IMG/VR virus record: IMGVR_UViG_3300015360_000036
Span: 9,769 to 73,768 of that record
Direction: 5' to 3' (one strand)
Length of the DNA: 64,000 bases
Source: a virus
Below, piece after piece: positions 19,481-29,766 of this stretch (the first letter of the stretch is position 1; every line of letters starts with the position of its first letter). The position numbers were made by a program, and so were the translations under genes. Under the pieces are notes generated by a model. The model saw nothing but the letters and a program-made list of their open reading frames with translations. It was not told the origin of the DNA and searched no databases.

Positions 19481-22400
19481 ATGACTGATTACGTTTCTTT
19501 ACATAACCAAACCGATTTTTCCATTCTCGATTCAACAATTTCAGTCAAATCACTTTTTAAACGTGCAAAAGAGTTAAACCAAAAAGCTGTAGCTATTACC
19601 GATCATGGCACGTTTGCGGCTGCTTGGGATGCCCTAAAGGCATCAAGAGAAACTGGTGTTAAACTCATAATGGGTTGCGAATTCTATTTCAGGAATGATT
19701 GCAAAAACGAAGATGAGAGATTTAAGCATATAATCCTATTAGCTAAAAATGCTGTTGGATATAGAAATATTCTAACCTTAAACAAAAAAGGTTATGACCA
19801 AAATCTATTTGTAGGTAAGAGAATATATTCAGTAATTGATTGGAAATTACTAGAACAACACTCTGAGGGTGTAATTTGTTTAACGGCTTGTGGTAATGGT
19901 ATTCTTTCCCAGCCACTTATGAAAGGCAATGTAGATGAAGTTGAAGCTTCATTGCTAAAGTTAAAGAAGCTATTTGGTGAGAATCTAGGAATAGAGGTTC
20001 AGCCAAACAACATGAAGAGGGGATCTTCTGTATTTAATGATGAAATTGATCAGCAATTTCTCAATAAAAGACTTATTGAGTTAGGTAAAAAGCATGATGT
20101 AAAAGTCGTTGCTGCTAACAATGCTCATTATACTACGAAAGAAGAGCATGATACTCATAACGTATTACTAGCAATTGGCTCACATCAACCAGTACATTCA
20201 AATTATAGATTAAGATATCCTGTGCCTGATTTCTATATGAAGTCAGGTGATGAGGTTAAAGCATTTTTCTCTAGAAATTATGGGGAAGAATTCGCAGAAA
20301 CTGTTTGTGCTAACTCTATTATTTTTGCTGATATGTGCGAAATACCAGATTGGATTGATCCGAAGTTTTCAAATCCTTCAGGTAAAGAGCTTCCAATCTT
20401 TCCAGTTAAAGATGAGCATGACTATGATACATTTGTTATCTGGGCTTCCAAACAGTCAGATGATGTAAGAAAATTGGAGGATGATAAACTTTTCCTTCGC
20501 TACAGTTGCGAAAAGAAGTTTGCAAGTAGAGTAAAGAATCTCAGTGAAACACAGTTAATGGAATACAATGCTAGAATTGCTGAAGAACTAGATGTTTTAG
20601 AGTTCCATGGATTTTCTAGCTACATGTTAATTGTAGCTGATTATATTGATTGGGCTAGAAAGAATGACATTGCCGTTGGTGATGGTCGTGGTTCTGTTGG
20701 TGGCTCACTTATAGCTTATCTATTGGGAATCCATCAAGCTGATCCAATTAAATACAATTTAATTTTTGCACGTTTCCATAATAAGGAAAAATCAAGCTTT
20801 CCAGATATTGATACTGACTTTGCGCCATCAGGTAGAGAGAAAGTACAAAATTATCTACGTCAAAAATATGGTGCTGATCATGTCGCCCACGTTTCTAACG
20901 TTAATACAATCACGCCTAAGGTCTATGTAAGGGATATTGCCCGTGCTTGTGAACTAGGCGGATCACGAGAAGAAGCTATTAGAATCGGTACTGACGTTGC
21001 TGATTGCATTCCTGCTGATATTCATTCCATTGAGGATGCCCTTAATAAGGTACCCCTATTCTCTGAGTATTGCAAAAAGTACCCAGAGTTTATTAAGTAT
21101 TCAGCTATCTGTGGTAAGTACAGGGCATGGTCAACTCATGCTGGTGGTATCATCATATCTGCAAGACCTCTTACAGGGCTTGTGCCACTTAGGAATGATA
21201 AGGATGGTTCTTTAGCTATTGAGTACGATAAGGATAAAGCTGAAGAGAATGGTTTGGTAAAAATGGATACTCTAGGGTTATCTACACTCGATGTCATTGG
21301 TCAAGCTATGAAATTGATTAAAGCTTCTGGTAAAGAAATGCCACCAGATGTTCTTGATTATGATCAGTATGATGAGGCTACGTACAATTTAGTATCTCAG
21401 GGCGACACTTTATGTGTATTCCAGTTTGGCACTAGCAGTGGTACTATTGATCTTTGTAAGAGAATCAAACCTAAAACAATTGAAGACTTAGCAAACATCA
21501 ATGCTCTTGCTCGACCATCAGCAAGGGACATGAGAAATGACTTCATTAACGTTCGTGATGGTAAGAAAGCAATGGCATTACTACATCCTAAACTTGATCG
21601 AGCATTCGGAAGAACGAATGGTTTAGGTTTATATGAAGAGTGTCTAATGTATCTTGCGCAAGATATTGCTGGTTGGAGCTTGCATTCAGCAGATCGGCTT
21701 AGAAAACTAACTAAAGAAAAAGGTAAGAATCCAAAGAAGGCGCAGCAATGGAGGTCTGAGTTCATTACAGATGCAGTTTCACAGCAAGTAAATGAAGAAA
21801 TTGCTAAGCGTATTTGGGATGAAGTTGTTGATAAGTTTCAGGGCTACGGTTTCAACGTCAGCCATGCTGTTTTGTATTCCATGATTGGTTTTAAGACTGC
21901 ATACCTTAAAGCTCATTTTCCAATTGAGTTTATGCTTGCGAATCTTATGTCAGAAATTGTTTCTAATACACCAGATTCTAAATCTAAGATTGATAAGATT
22001 AAGACTGAATTAAGGAGTAATAAGGTAAAGATTCTGGCACCAGATATCAATACTTCACAGATCGCATATACAATTGTAGATGGTAATAAGTTAACTACTG
22101 GTCTAGATGCATTAAAGTTTGTTGGTGAAGATGCTATTAAAGATATTTTAGAAAAGAGACCATTTAATAGCTTTGCTGATTTTATGTCTAGAGTCGATTC
22201 AAAAAAGGTTAGAGCGAATACTATTCAAGCATTAGCTGCTAGTGGTTGTTTAGATTCTTTTAAGCTTCCAAGAAAATCAATGTTCCTATATTGTTCTGAT
22301 TACAGGAAGAAACTTCAAGTATGGATGAAGAAGCATGATCCAAAGAAGGAAGAATTTGCTTATCCATGGTTGAATGATGGTGAGTGGAATGTAACTGAGT

Positions 22401-23020
22401 TATATGCATTGGAACAGTTTTATCTTGGAGAATCATTTGTTTGTAAGCCTACTGATGCTTATGGCAAGTTTTTTAAGGATGAGCATATGACAACTAGAGA
22501 TGTAAAAAAATCAAAAGATAAGACCAGGATTTCTCCAATGAAAGGTATTATTAAGGATTTCTTTGAATTCAAAGTCAAGAAGGAAACTTCTAAGTACTAT
22601 GGTCAATCAATGGTAAAAGCGGTCATTGAGGATAAATATGGTGACCAATGTTCTTTCACTATCTTCCCAGACAGGTGGAAAGTAGTGCAAGATCGTATCA
22701 AACAAGTAAATAGTAAAGCTACGTTCTCAGTAGGATTAGCTTTAAGTTTTGCTGGTAATACAAATAACTATGAGGATGATATGGGTATTATTCTTGAATA
22801 TTTATTCGATCTTGCTATTCAGCCTGCATTGCCAGGTGATTTGAAGGCTAAGAAAATAAATATGAAAGAAGCTCGTACTAGATCAAATACAGAGCCAACA
22901 AATGTTGTTGTGACAAAGGATAGTGAAAAAGATGCATTTTCTAGATTATTTGAAGAAATTGAAGATCAAATGTATGATGAAGGTTTAATCGATTTAGACG
23001 AAGACTTTCAAGAAAGATGA
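19481..23020 (+). CDS. dnaE: DNA polymerase III alpha subunit (family C)
   Basis: PHP domain (ITDHG), GRGSVGGSL, FPDIDTD, HAGG, GLVKMDTLGL, YGFNVSHA, C-terminal OB fold. Confidence 0.97.
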   Translation: MTDYVSLHNQTDFSILDSTISVKSLFKRAKELNQKAVAITDHGTFAAAWDALKASRETGVKLIMGCEFYFRNDCKNEDERFKHIILLAKNAVGYRNILTLNKKGYDQNLFVGKRIYSVIDWKLLEQHSEGVICLTACGNGILSQPLMKGNVDEVEASLLKLKKLFGENLGIEVQPNNMKRGSSVFNDEIDQQFLNKRLIELGKKHDVKVVAANNAHYTTKEEHDTHNVLLAIGSHQPVHSNYRLRYPVPDFYMKSGDEVKAFFSRNYGEEFAETVCANSIIFADMCEIPDWIDPKFSNPSGKELPIFPVKDEHDYDTFVIWASKQSDDVRKLEDDKLFLRYSCEKKFASRVKNLSETQLMEYNARIAEELDVLEFHGFSSYMLIVADYIDWARKNDIAVGDGRGSVGGSLIAYLLGIHQADPIKYNLIFARFHNKEKSSFPDIDTDFAPSGREKVQNYLRQKYGADHVAHVSNVNTITPKVYVRDIARACELGGSREEAIRIGTDVADCIPADIHSIEDALNKVPLFSEYCKKYPEFIKYSAICGKYRAWSTHAGGIIISARPLTGLVPLRNDKDGSLAIEYDKDKAEENGLVKMDTLGLSTLDVIGQAMKLIKASGKEMPPDVLDYDQYDEATYNLVSQGDTLCVFQFGTSSGTIDLCKRIKPKTIEDLANINALARPSARDMRNDFINVRDGKKAMALLHPKLDRAFGRTNGLGLYEECLMYLAQDIAGWSLHSADRLRKLTKEKGKNPKKAQQWRSEFITDAVSQQVNEEIAKRIWDEVVDKFQGYGFNVSHAVLYSMIGFKTAYLKAHFPIEFMLANLMSEIVSNTPDSKSKIDKIKTELRSNKVKILAPDINTSQIAYTIVDGNKLTTGLDALKFVGEDAIKDILEKRPFNSFADFMSRVDSKKVRANTIQALAASGCLDSFKLPRKSMFLYCSDYRKKLQVWMKKHDPKKEEFAYPWLNDGEWNVTELYALEQFYLGESFVCKPTDAYGKFFKDEHMTTRDVKKSKDKTRISPMKGIIKDFFEFKVKKETSKYYGQSMVKAVIEDKYGDQCSFTIFPDRWKVVQDRIKQVNSKATFSVGLALSFAGNTNNYEDDMGIILEYLFDLAIQPALPGDLKAKKINMKEARTRSNTEPTNVVVTKDSEKDAFSRLFEEIEDQMYDEGLIDLDEDFQER

Positions 23021-23025
23021 TATAT

Positions 23026-23095
23026 ATGATATCAACTGCTAATAGAATTAGTCTAGAAAATAGTTGATATCATCAAAATGATAGATTTGATATCA
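23026..23095. repeat. Three TGATATCA palindromic boxes; two form a 12-bp inverted repeat
   Basis: TGATATCA at 23027, 23065 and 23088; ATGATATCAACT (23026-37) / AGTTGATATCAT (23062-73). Confidence 0.75.
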
Positions 23096-23123
23096 GATGT
23101 ATATGCATAAAGAGAGATAAATC

Positions 23124-23963
23124 ATGAAGCTTAGAGAATGGGCTGAAAAAACTGGTGTAAAGTACTTAACTGCTTATAGGTGGTTTAAGGCTGGTACACT
23201 TCCAGTTAAATCTTATCAAACTGAATCTGGGACAATCATAGTAGATGACCCAGAGTTGTCGGAGCAGCAAATGGCAAGTAATGCAAATAGTATACAAAAT
23301 GATGTTATGTCTATCTTTTTGAAAAAGATGGTAGAGTTCAGTAAAATTAATGCATCGGTAGAAGACTTTGCCGCATACATTATTTCAAATTTCGTTTTGA
23401 AACTGCCCTCTACACCTGAAACGGGACCAAAATACTCTAGGAACAAACCTAAAGCAGAAGAGGTCCAGAAGTATTTTCAGCAATTCCTTAAAAAAGGTGA
23501 TAAACCAGTACCACATATTGCAGTAGGTGATATCGATACAATTGATGATTTGGTAGCAAAAGCAGATACGTTATCAACTAAAGAGTTGGTAAGTGAGATC
23601 TCTAAAATTGGTGAAATTAAAAATGATGCACCTGATGTAGCAGAGCTTCAAAAAATAGTTGATGCATTTAAAGGTTTACAAATAACTAAAGTAAAAACTT
23701 ATGACAAGGTTTACGGCGGGGTAATCGCTAGAAGTATACACGATTCAACTCCACAAACCTATACCGACTTCTCAGATGATGAAGCCGCTGTAAGCCTTGG
23801 TCAAGAATTATCGGAACCAGAACCAATCTTAGTAAGATCGGTTTCAGCCGTAGGCGCAACGGGCGCATTCAAGCCCACAAAGAAAGAATTAGAATCAGCC
23901 TCTAAAGCAATAAAATCTGCTGGCGCCAATAAGAAGACCATCAAGTCATCAAGGAAGAAATAA
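23124..23963 (+). CDS. Protein with IS607-TnpA/MerR-type N-terminal HTH
   Basis: MKLREWAEKTGVKYLTAYRWFKAGTLPVKSYQTESGTIIV; no serine-recombinase YARVS motif. Confidence 0.7.
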   Translation: MKLREWAEKTGVKYLTAYRWFKAGTLPVKSYQTESGTIIVDDPELSEQQMASNANSIQNDVMSIFLKKMVEFSKINASVEDFAAYIISNFVLKLPSTPETGPKYSRNKPKAEEVQKYFQQFLKKGDKPVPHIAVGDIDTIDDLVAKADTLSTKELVSEISKIGEIKNDAPDVAELQKIVDAFKGLQITKVKTYDKVYGGVIARSIHDSTPQTYTDFSDDEAAVSLGQELSEPEPILVRSVSAVGATGAFKPTKKELESASKAIKSAGANKKTIKSSRKK

Positions 23964-24601
23964 TGAAAATTCTAAATAAAACACATCTTGTAAAAGTATT
24001 GGCTTATTTCCCAGAGGTACAAGAAAAGATAAATAAGACAACTATTGCTGGCGCGGCATTTGTAACTACAAATTTATCAAAAGTATTAAAAGCAGTTGTA
24101 GTACTTAATGGTCTTGATCCTGCTCGAAGCCAAAGAGATAGATTATTCGAAAGTATGAGTTTATGTTTCGCAACAGTGCATGATGGTGATTATGATAAAA
24201 ATTATAACCCTAATTTCTGGAGTAATAAAAAATTTCAAGAAGCAAAAGTTGTTAATCAAGAATTGACAGCTAAACAATTTGTTAGTGCAACTGATTTATC
24301 AGATTTAACAGACCCACCAGCATTACCTGTATCTGAAGAAGTTTCAGAACAATTATTATTGTTTACTGATGCAGTAGATGTTATAGAGCAATCAGAGTTA
24401 AAGGTAGCTATTGGGGTTAATGCTGGTACTTTGGTTGAAGATAAGTTAATGAGAAATCTTGAAGAATTAATAAAAACTACAGATGATCCACACTTTAAAG
24501 ATCAATTGAATCGTCAATATACTCATCAGGAAAATGGATTAAATGCTCCAACAAGAAATTTTGCTGAAATTGCTCGTGTTCGTAGAACATCCTTAGCTTA
24601 A
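23963..24601 (+). CDS. Hypothetical protein
   Basis: Coupled ORF. Confidence 0.65.
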   Translation: MKILNKTHLVKVLAYFPEVQEKINKTTIAGAAFVTTNLSKVLKAVVVLNGLDPARSQRDRLFESMSLCFATVHDGDYDKNYNPNFWSNKKFQEAKVVNQELTAKQFVSATDLSDLTDPPALPVSEEVSEQLLLFTDAVDVIEQSELKVAIGVNAGTLVEDKLMRNLEELIKTTDDPHFKDQLNRQYTHQENGLNAPTRNFAEIARVRRTSLA

Positions 24602-24617
24602 TATAAAGGAAATCAAT

Positions 24618-25451
24618 ATGAAATGTATGTCTTGTGAAGCATCAATTAATCCAAAATGGAAACATGCTATAGATAATAACACCTGTCCTTGCTGCGGTCT
24701 TTTCATCATGGAAGAGGAATTGAAGGAATTATTATTGTCATTAGGTGAAACCATAAATGATCTAAGTAAATATCAAGAGCAAGTAGATGATTGGTTACTA
24801 TCAAACCATAACTATATTAAAACTGATTCACCCAATCTTGTAAATTATATTCCTCAAGATATTATGGATCAAGTAAAAGAAGACGCTAAAGAAGCGGCTA
24901 TGAATGCTATTAAAGTTATAAAAAATAAAGATTTTGCTGAAAGAAAAGCTTCAGGCGGGAAATACACTGTTAAGGTAGAGACTGAGAATGGTGAGCAAGA
25001 TGTTGAAGTTGAAAAAATCCAAGATGAAGATACAACAAATGACTTCTTCAAAAGAGCAGAAGCAGTAAAACCAAATATTGATGGATTTAAAGATCCAGCA
25101 GATAAGACAAAGAAGTTAAAAAATCTAGTCCAACAAATCAAGAAAAATGGAACTGGCGGAATGGCTGGTGGTGGAAGCGCTATGTCAGAATATGCTGATC
25201 CAGAAGCTGTAGCTGAAATGGAAGGCTTCATTAGTGGTGGTGGAGAGATTAGCTCTGCATTATCATCTGATGGTGGTGACGATGACGCTATTCCATCCAT
25301 TGTATTATCAATGGCAAATAAAGCTAGAGGTAATGGAAATACAAGTGAAGCCAATGCTAGGGACTTACAAAAGCTAGAAGCTTTGCAAAGTAGAACTGCT
25401 TCAGCTAGAAGTAATAGTTTGAGCGGCAAAGGAGCATTTTCTAGATCATGA
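24618..25451 (+). CDS. Hypothetical protein with N-terminal Zn ribbon
   Basis: CMSC...CPCCG. Confidence 0.65.
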   Translation: MKCMSCEASINPKWKHAIDNNTCPCCGLFIMEEELKELLLSLGETINDLSKYQEQVDDWLLSNHNYIKTDSPNLVNYIPQDIMDQVKEDAKEAAMNAIKVIKNKDFAERKASGGKYTVKVETENGEQDVEVEKIQDEDTTNDFFKRAEAVKPNIDGFKDPADKTKKLKNLVQQIKKNGTGGMAGGGSAMSEYADPEAVAEMEGFISGGGEISSALSSDGGDDDAIPSIVLSMANKARGNGNTSEANARDLQKLEALQSRTASARSNSLSGKGAFSRS

Positions 25452-25753
25452 GTATGAGAATAATTGACAACAAAAAAATAGATTTAACGGATGATGAGTG
25501 GACAATGTACGAAAATATTGTCAAGTCATATACCACTGCGACGAACAAGGGCGAGGATCTATTTATCGATTTATTTGAAACTGGACCAGATGGAATTATT
25601 GTTTATCTGAAACCACCATCTAAGTTTAGAACTAGTTTCGAAGTGTTCTTGTATCTAATGAGCATTATGCAGCACCAACATCTTCGGCAAATGTATAAGA
25701 AGGTTGATGATGTTTGTGCGCAAATGAAACAAAAAATTGATAGTATAAAATAA
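25448..25753 (+). CDS. Hypothetical protein
   Basis: ATGA-coupled ORF. Confidence 0.65.
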   Translation: MSMRIIDNKKIDLTDDEWTMYENIVKSYTTATNKGEDLFIDLFETGPDGIIVYLKPPSKFRTSFEVFLYLMSIMQHQHLRQMYKKVDDVCAQMKQKIDSIK

Positions 25754-25806
25754 CATCATTTGTCGAGAAAAAGTTCGAAACATTACATATTTAAGGGAAG
25801 TCGATT

Positions 25807-26325
25807 ATGGAAAAGAAAGTTGTAACGCTTGCCGATATAGTTGGTGACGACTTAGAAGAAGAATTCTCTAAGTTCGATCTAACTGAAATTCAAGCAGTAC
25901 TTATAAGATTATCAGATGTTGATGCAATTGATATTGCACATGCCGAATTACTACAGCAACAAGCATTAAGAGGAGCAGATATTCTATGTGGGTATCTTGG
26001 TAAAATAGTAAAAACAGTTGGTTACCTTGAGGCTAGAGTTAATAGCACAAAGAATAAAGCATCTTTGGATTATCAAGCTCCTGAAGGAAAAACAACTGCT
26101 GATATGAAAAAATGGGCTGGAGAGTCTTCATCAGTCGTTGAAGACATTCAAATTAAGCTTGCAAAAGCCAAAGGCAGTAAATTAGTTTTAGAGAAAAAGT
26201 ATGATATTTTAATAAAGAGTCATCATCATTATAAAGATATTGCCGCAGGCTTACGTAAGACAATCCTTGGATATAGTCCTGGTGCTGGTGTCCCCAGCGA
26301 AAAAGTGCCGGAGGGTTATGAGTGA
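25807..26325 (+). CDS. Helical protein, possible UvsY-like recombination mediator
   Basis: All-helical, about 170 aa, immediately upstream of recA; weak UvsY-like pattern. Confidence 0.4.
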   Translation: MEKKVVTLADIVGDDLEEEFSKFDLTEIQAVLIRLSDVDAIDIAHAELLQQQALRGADILCGYLGKIVKTVGYLEARVNSTKNKASLDYQAPEGKTTADMKKWAGESSSVVEDIQIKLAKAKGSKLVLEKKYDILIKSHHHYKDIAAGLRKTILGYSPGAGVPSEKVPEGYE

Positions 26326-26435
26326 TTAAAAGAATCATAACTCCTGGCTAGATAATTAAATATAGTCGAATATGAAAAAATTGCCCATTAGATATAGCAG
26401 ATATGCAAACACGGGCGAAACAAATATAGGGAGTT

Positions 26436-27632
26436 ATGATGTCAAGTAAATTAGAATCATTTTTCAAAAGCTTTGCAGAGGCAGATGCACAATTAGATTT
26501 CAAAATGGCACATGAGACCGTAGGTGAGAAAGTCCCTGTAATTTCTACAGGGTCACTTGCTCTAGACGATGTACTATCATGTGGCGGTCTACCAAAAGGT
26601 AGAATAATTCAATACTACGGACCACCAGGCAGCGGTAAGACTCTTATGGCAATGATTGCTATGTTAGAGGCACAACAGCAAGATCCAAACTCACAACAAG
26701 TCTTCATTGATGCTGAGGGAACATTTGATCCTACTTGGGCAGAGATTCTTGGATTGGATACATCAAGAGTTATTTTAGTTGAAGGTGATACCGCAGTTAA
26801 TGGTCGTAAATGTTTCGAAATGCTTTTAGGTGAACCAAAGGAAGATGCAAAGACACATATCTTAAAAGGTAAGTCAAAAGAAGGCTTATTAGATAAGATT
26901 ATGAATAAAGACTTCAATATCAACATGATTGTATTAGATTCTTTGGGATCAATTATCCCACCCGGAGAAGATACATCAAAAGTTGGTAAGATGAACATGT
27001 CATTATTAGCTAGATTTTTAACAACCACTTTCAGAAAATTGTCTTTAGAGGTAAATAAGGCAGATGTAGTATTCATTGTTATCAATCATAAACGCGATAA
27101 CATGGACCCATACGGAGCAGATCATACATTCTCTGGTGGTAATACATATGCACATACACTTAGCGCCAACGTATACTTCGAAGCTATTCAGAGGAAAGAC
27201 GCTCGTATCGTAGACGAAAAAGAAAATAAGGTTGGTCATCCATTAAAAGGAACTATTGAAAAATCTAAGTTTGGACCTTGGCCAAGAGCCTGTGAGTTTA
27301 AAGTAAACTTTTCAATTGGAGTTATCGATAAGCATGAGGAAATTGCTCAACTAGCTTTAGATTATAATGTAGTAGTTAAAACAAGTAGCGTTTCACATGA
27401 ATATGGTGAAAGGAAGTGGGTAGGTTTCCCTAAGTATTCAGAGGCTATTAAAGATGACCCAATTTTAGCTAGTGAATTGATTTTAAAAGTCAATGAAGCT
27501 CGCGAAGCTAAGTTAGAGACTAAGAGGGCTGAACAAGCAGCTAAGAGAAAGAAATCTATGGCTGATGCCCCTATAAAAGCAGATGATAATGATTCAGATG
27601 AATCTGTTAAGAAAGTAAAGAAGGTTAAGTAA
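26436..27632 (+). CDS. recA: RecA/UvsX recombinase
   Basis: ISTGSLALD, GGLPKGRI, GPPGSGKT, FIDAEG, IVLDS, IVINH. Confidence 0.95.
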   Translation: MMSSKLESFFKSFAEADAQLDFKMAHETVGEKVPVISTGSLALDDVLSCGGLPKGRIIQYYGPPGSGKTLMAMIAMLEAQQQDPNSQQVFIDAEGTFDPTWAEILGLDTSRVILVEGDTAVNGRKCFEMLLGEPKEDAKTHILKGKSKEGLLDKIMNKDFNINMIVLDSLGSIIPPGEDTSKVGKMNMSLLARFLTTTFRKLSLEVNKADVVFIVINHKRDNMDPYGADHTFSGGNTYAHTLSANVYFEAIQRKDARIVDEKENKVGHPLKGTIEKSKFGPWPRACEFKVNFSIGVIDKHEEIAQLALDYNVVVKTSSVSHEYGERKWVGFPKYSEAIKDDPILASELILKVNEAREAKLETKRAEQAAKRKKSMADAPIKADDNDSDESVKKVKKVK

Positions 27633-27952
27633 TGTCTAATGATGTTGGAGTAGGAATAACTACAAACGTACCTAATGGTTCAAGGATATCACCAAAACCT
27701 AATTACTTAATCAGAGTACAAGATACTGTGGGTAAAGCCAAGGTAGTTAGAAATTTTGTAACTTTAGATAAACCGGAACTTTTGGTCGGATTTGTTTCGG
27801 TTAGAGGATTTTTTACAGAATTGTCGGAGGAAGAAATATCAAGCAAAATTACCGAGGTCTTGACAACGACGAAAAAAGACTTATTAATAGAAGTGATGTT
27901 CGCATCACATGCAATATTGAGTATGAGAAGCCTAGTTTATAAGGCAAAATAA
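27632..27952 (+). CDS. Hypothetical protein
   Basis: Coupled ORF. Confidence 0.6.
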   Translation: MSNDVGVGITTNVPNGSRISPKPNYLIRVQDTVGKAKVVRNFVTLDKPELLVGFVSVRGFFTELSEEEISSKITEVLTTTKKDLLIEVMFASHAILSMRSLVYKAK

Positions 27953-27983
27953 CCGAATAAATTGATAAAGAAAGACTAATAAA

Positions 27984-28283
27984 ATGACATCTAATAGTAA
28001 TATAAATAACACTGACAATACCGTTCTAAATGGAGCATTGTTGGTTATATCAAAAGCAAAAGATGGTATCTGGAACGGCACGATGACTGACTTGAACTCA
28101 GCAATGAGAAAAGTAGTTATTGGTAAGAAAGGTGATATAAGTGGAATGCCACGCTCACCCAGCTCTTTGAGAGTTGTTCTGAATAGAATCATAAATAGAT
28201 TACGAAGTAGGGGTGTTAGTGTTAAGTTTGGTAGAACAACAGATGCAACACGTACCCGTCACGTAGAATTTGTAATGAGATAA
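27984..28283 (+). CDS. Small basic protein, probable winged-helix DNA-binding domain
   Basis: WNGTMTDL..PRSPSSLRVVLNR...LRSRGVSVKFGR. Confidence 0.5.
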   Translation: MTSNSNINNTDNTVLNGALLVISKAKDGIWNGTMTDLNSAMRKVVIGKKGDISGMPRSPSSLRVVLNRIINRLRSRGVSVKFGRTTDATRTRHVEFVMR

Positions 28284-28363
28284 TCATTGCAGAGTTACAG
28301 TCCGATTATGTTAAATAGAACGTACATTTGTACAATAGATAAAACAACAGTAGGAGATAAAAT

Positions 28364-29086
28364 ATGACAACATTTGGTGAAGTTTCTTGGGAAGACGAAA
28401 TTGTTGGTTCTGATAAAAAACAATCAAATAATAAAGATATTTGGTTAAGATTAGATGAGGGCTCAAATGAGCTAAGACTAGTCACTCAGCCACATCAGTA
28501 CTTAGTTCATAAGTACAAGAAGGACGAGAACGATAAGAGAGATTTCGGTAGAAAAGTATCATGTTCAGCCATTCATGGTAGCTGCGTACTTTGTGATGCC
28601 GGAGATAAAGCCAAGCCACGTTGGTTGCTAGGTGTAATTAGCCGTAAGACTGGATCTTACAAGATTCTAGATATTTCATTTGCAGTTTTCTCACAAGTTA
28701 GAAAACTTGCAAGAAACACTCAACGTTGGGGTGACCCAACCAAGTATGACTTGGATATCGTAGTAGATAAGAATGGTGGAGCAGCTGGTTACTACTCAGT
28801 TCAACCAATTTCAAAGGAGCCACTATCGGCTGCTGATCAACTCATCAAAGATGATGCTGATCTAGAAGAGTTGAAGGCGAAGGTAACACCTCCAACTCCA
28901 GATGTTGTTCAGAAGATCATTGCTAAAATCAATGGTGCTGACACTTCCGGTGGCGCTCCTGTAAAGAAAGCAACTGTTGCTACGGCTGCTCATGTTGCGG
29001 CAAAATCAGCACCTAAGGTTGCACCAGTAAGTATGTCTGATGATGAAGAGATTGATGAGACCTTCCCAGCATACGATGCTAAGTAA
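28364..29086 (+). CDS. Single-stranded DNA-binding protein (gp32-like)
   Basis: WLRLDEGSNELRLV, Zn ligands H..C..C..C, YDLDI, acidic C-terminal tail. Confidence 0.7.
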   Translation: MTTFGEVSWEDEIVGSDKKQSNNKDIWLRLDEGSNELRLVTQPHQYLVHKYKKDENDKRDFGRKVSCSAIHGSCVLCDAGDKAKPRWLLGVISRKTGSYKILDISFAVFSQVRKLARNTQRWGDPTKYDLDIVVDKNGGAAGYYSVQPISKEPLSAADQLIKDDADLEELKAKVTPPTPDVVQKIIAKINGADTSGGAPVKKATVATAAHVAAKSAPKVAPVSMSDDEEIDETFPAYDAK

Positions 29087-29110
29087 GCATCAAGAAAATA
29101 AGTGATTGAT

Positions 29111-29146
29111 AAAGAGGGACCATGGCGTAAGCCTCGGTCCCTTTTC
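29111..29146 (+). terminator. Intrinsic terminator after ssb
   Basis: AGGGACC..GGC-GTAA-GCC..GGTCCCT followed by TTTT. Confidence 0.75.
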
Positions 29147-29178
29147 TAGTTTCTGCTTATCATGTTATATTCCAGTGT

Positions 29179-29766
29179 ATGATTAAAAAAATTTTAGGAT
29201 TTGATGCAAGTTCCACTACTATTGGCTGGGCTTGTCTTGAAATCAATGATATTGATAATTCAATAGTACATAAAAATTCTGGTTTTATTAAGCCTCCTAA
29301 AAAGGGTAATATAATCGAACGAATATACAAAACAAGAGCTGAAGTTCAGAAGGTAATTGATTTGTATAAGCCTGATCATATAGGAATAGAAGAAATTATA
29401 CAATTTATGCAGGGAAAAAGTACAGCAAAAACAATTATTATGTTAACAACGTTTAATCGCATGGTTGGATTAGTGTCATATGATTCTTTGGGTGTAACAC
29501 CGGAGTTTTTCAATGTTATGTCGATTAGACATGGATTAAAATTAAATAAAGATTTGCCAAAAAAAGAAGATATGCCAGATCTTGTTTCACAGCATTTAGG
29601 CATTACATTCCCTTATCAGTATAAAAAGACTGGTAAACCAATTGAAGAAAATTATGATAGAGCAGACGGAATTGCAGTTGCTCTATATTACGCATTAGTA
29701 TTGACTGGTAAAGTAAAACGAAAAATAAAGAAACCAAAAGATAAGAAGAGTAAGGTGACGAAGTGA
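29179..29766 (+). CDS. ruvC: RuvC-like Holliday junction resolvase
   Basis: ILGFDASSTTIGW, PDHIGIEE, DRADGIAVA. Confidence 0.85.
   Translation: MIKKILGFDASSTTIGWACLEINDIDNSIVHKNSGFIKPPKKGNIIERIYKTRAEVQKVIDLYKPDHIGIEEIIQFMQGKSTAKTIIMLTTFNRMVGLVSYDSLGVTPEFFNVMSIRHGLKLNKDLPKKEDMPDLVSQHLGITFPYQYKKTGKPIEENYDRADGIAVALYYALVLTGKVKRKIKKPKDKKSKVTK

Noticed and set aside
23124-23963. Active IS607 element
   Set aside because: Only the HTH is present; no serine recombinase catalytic domain or TnpB.
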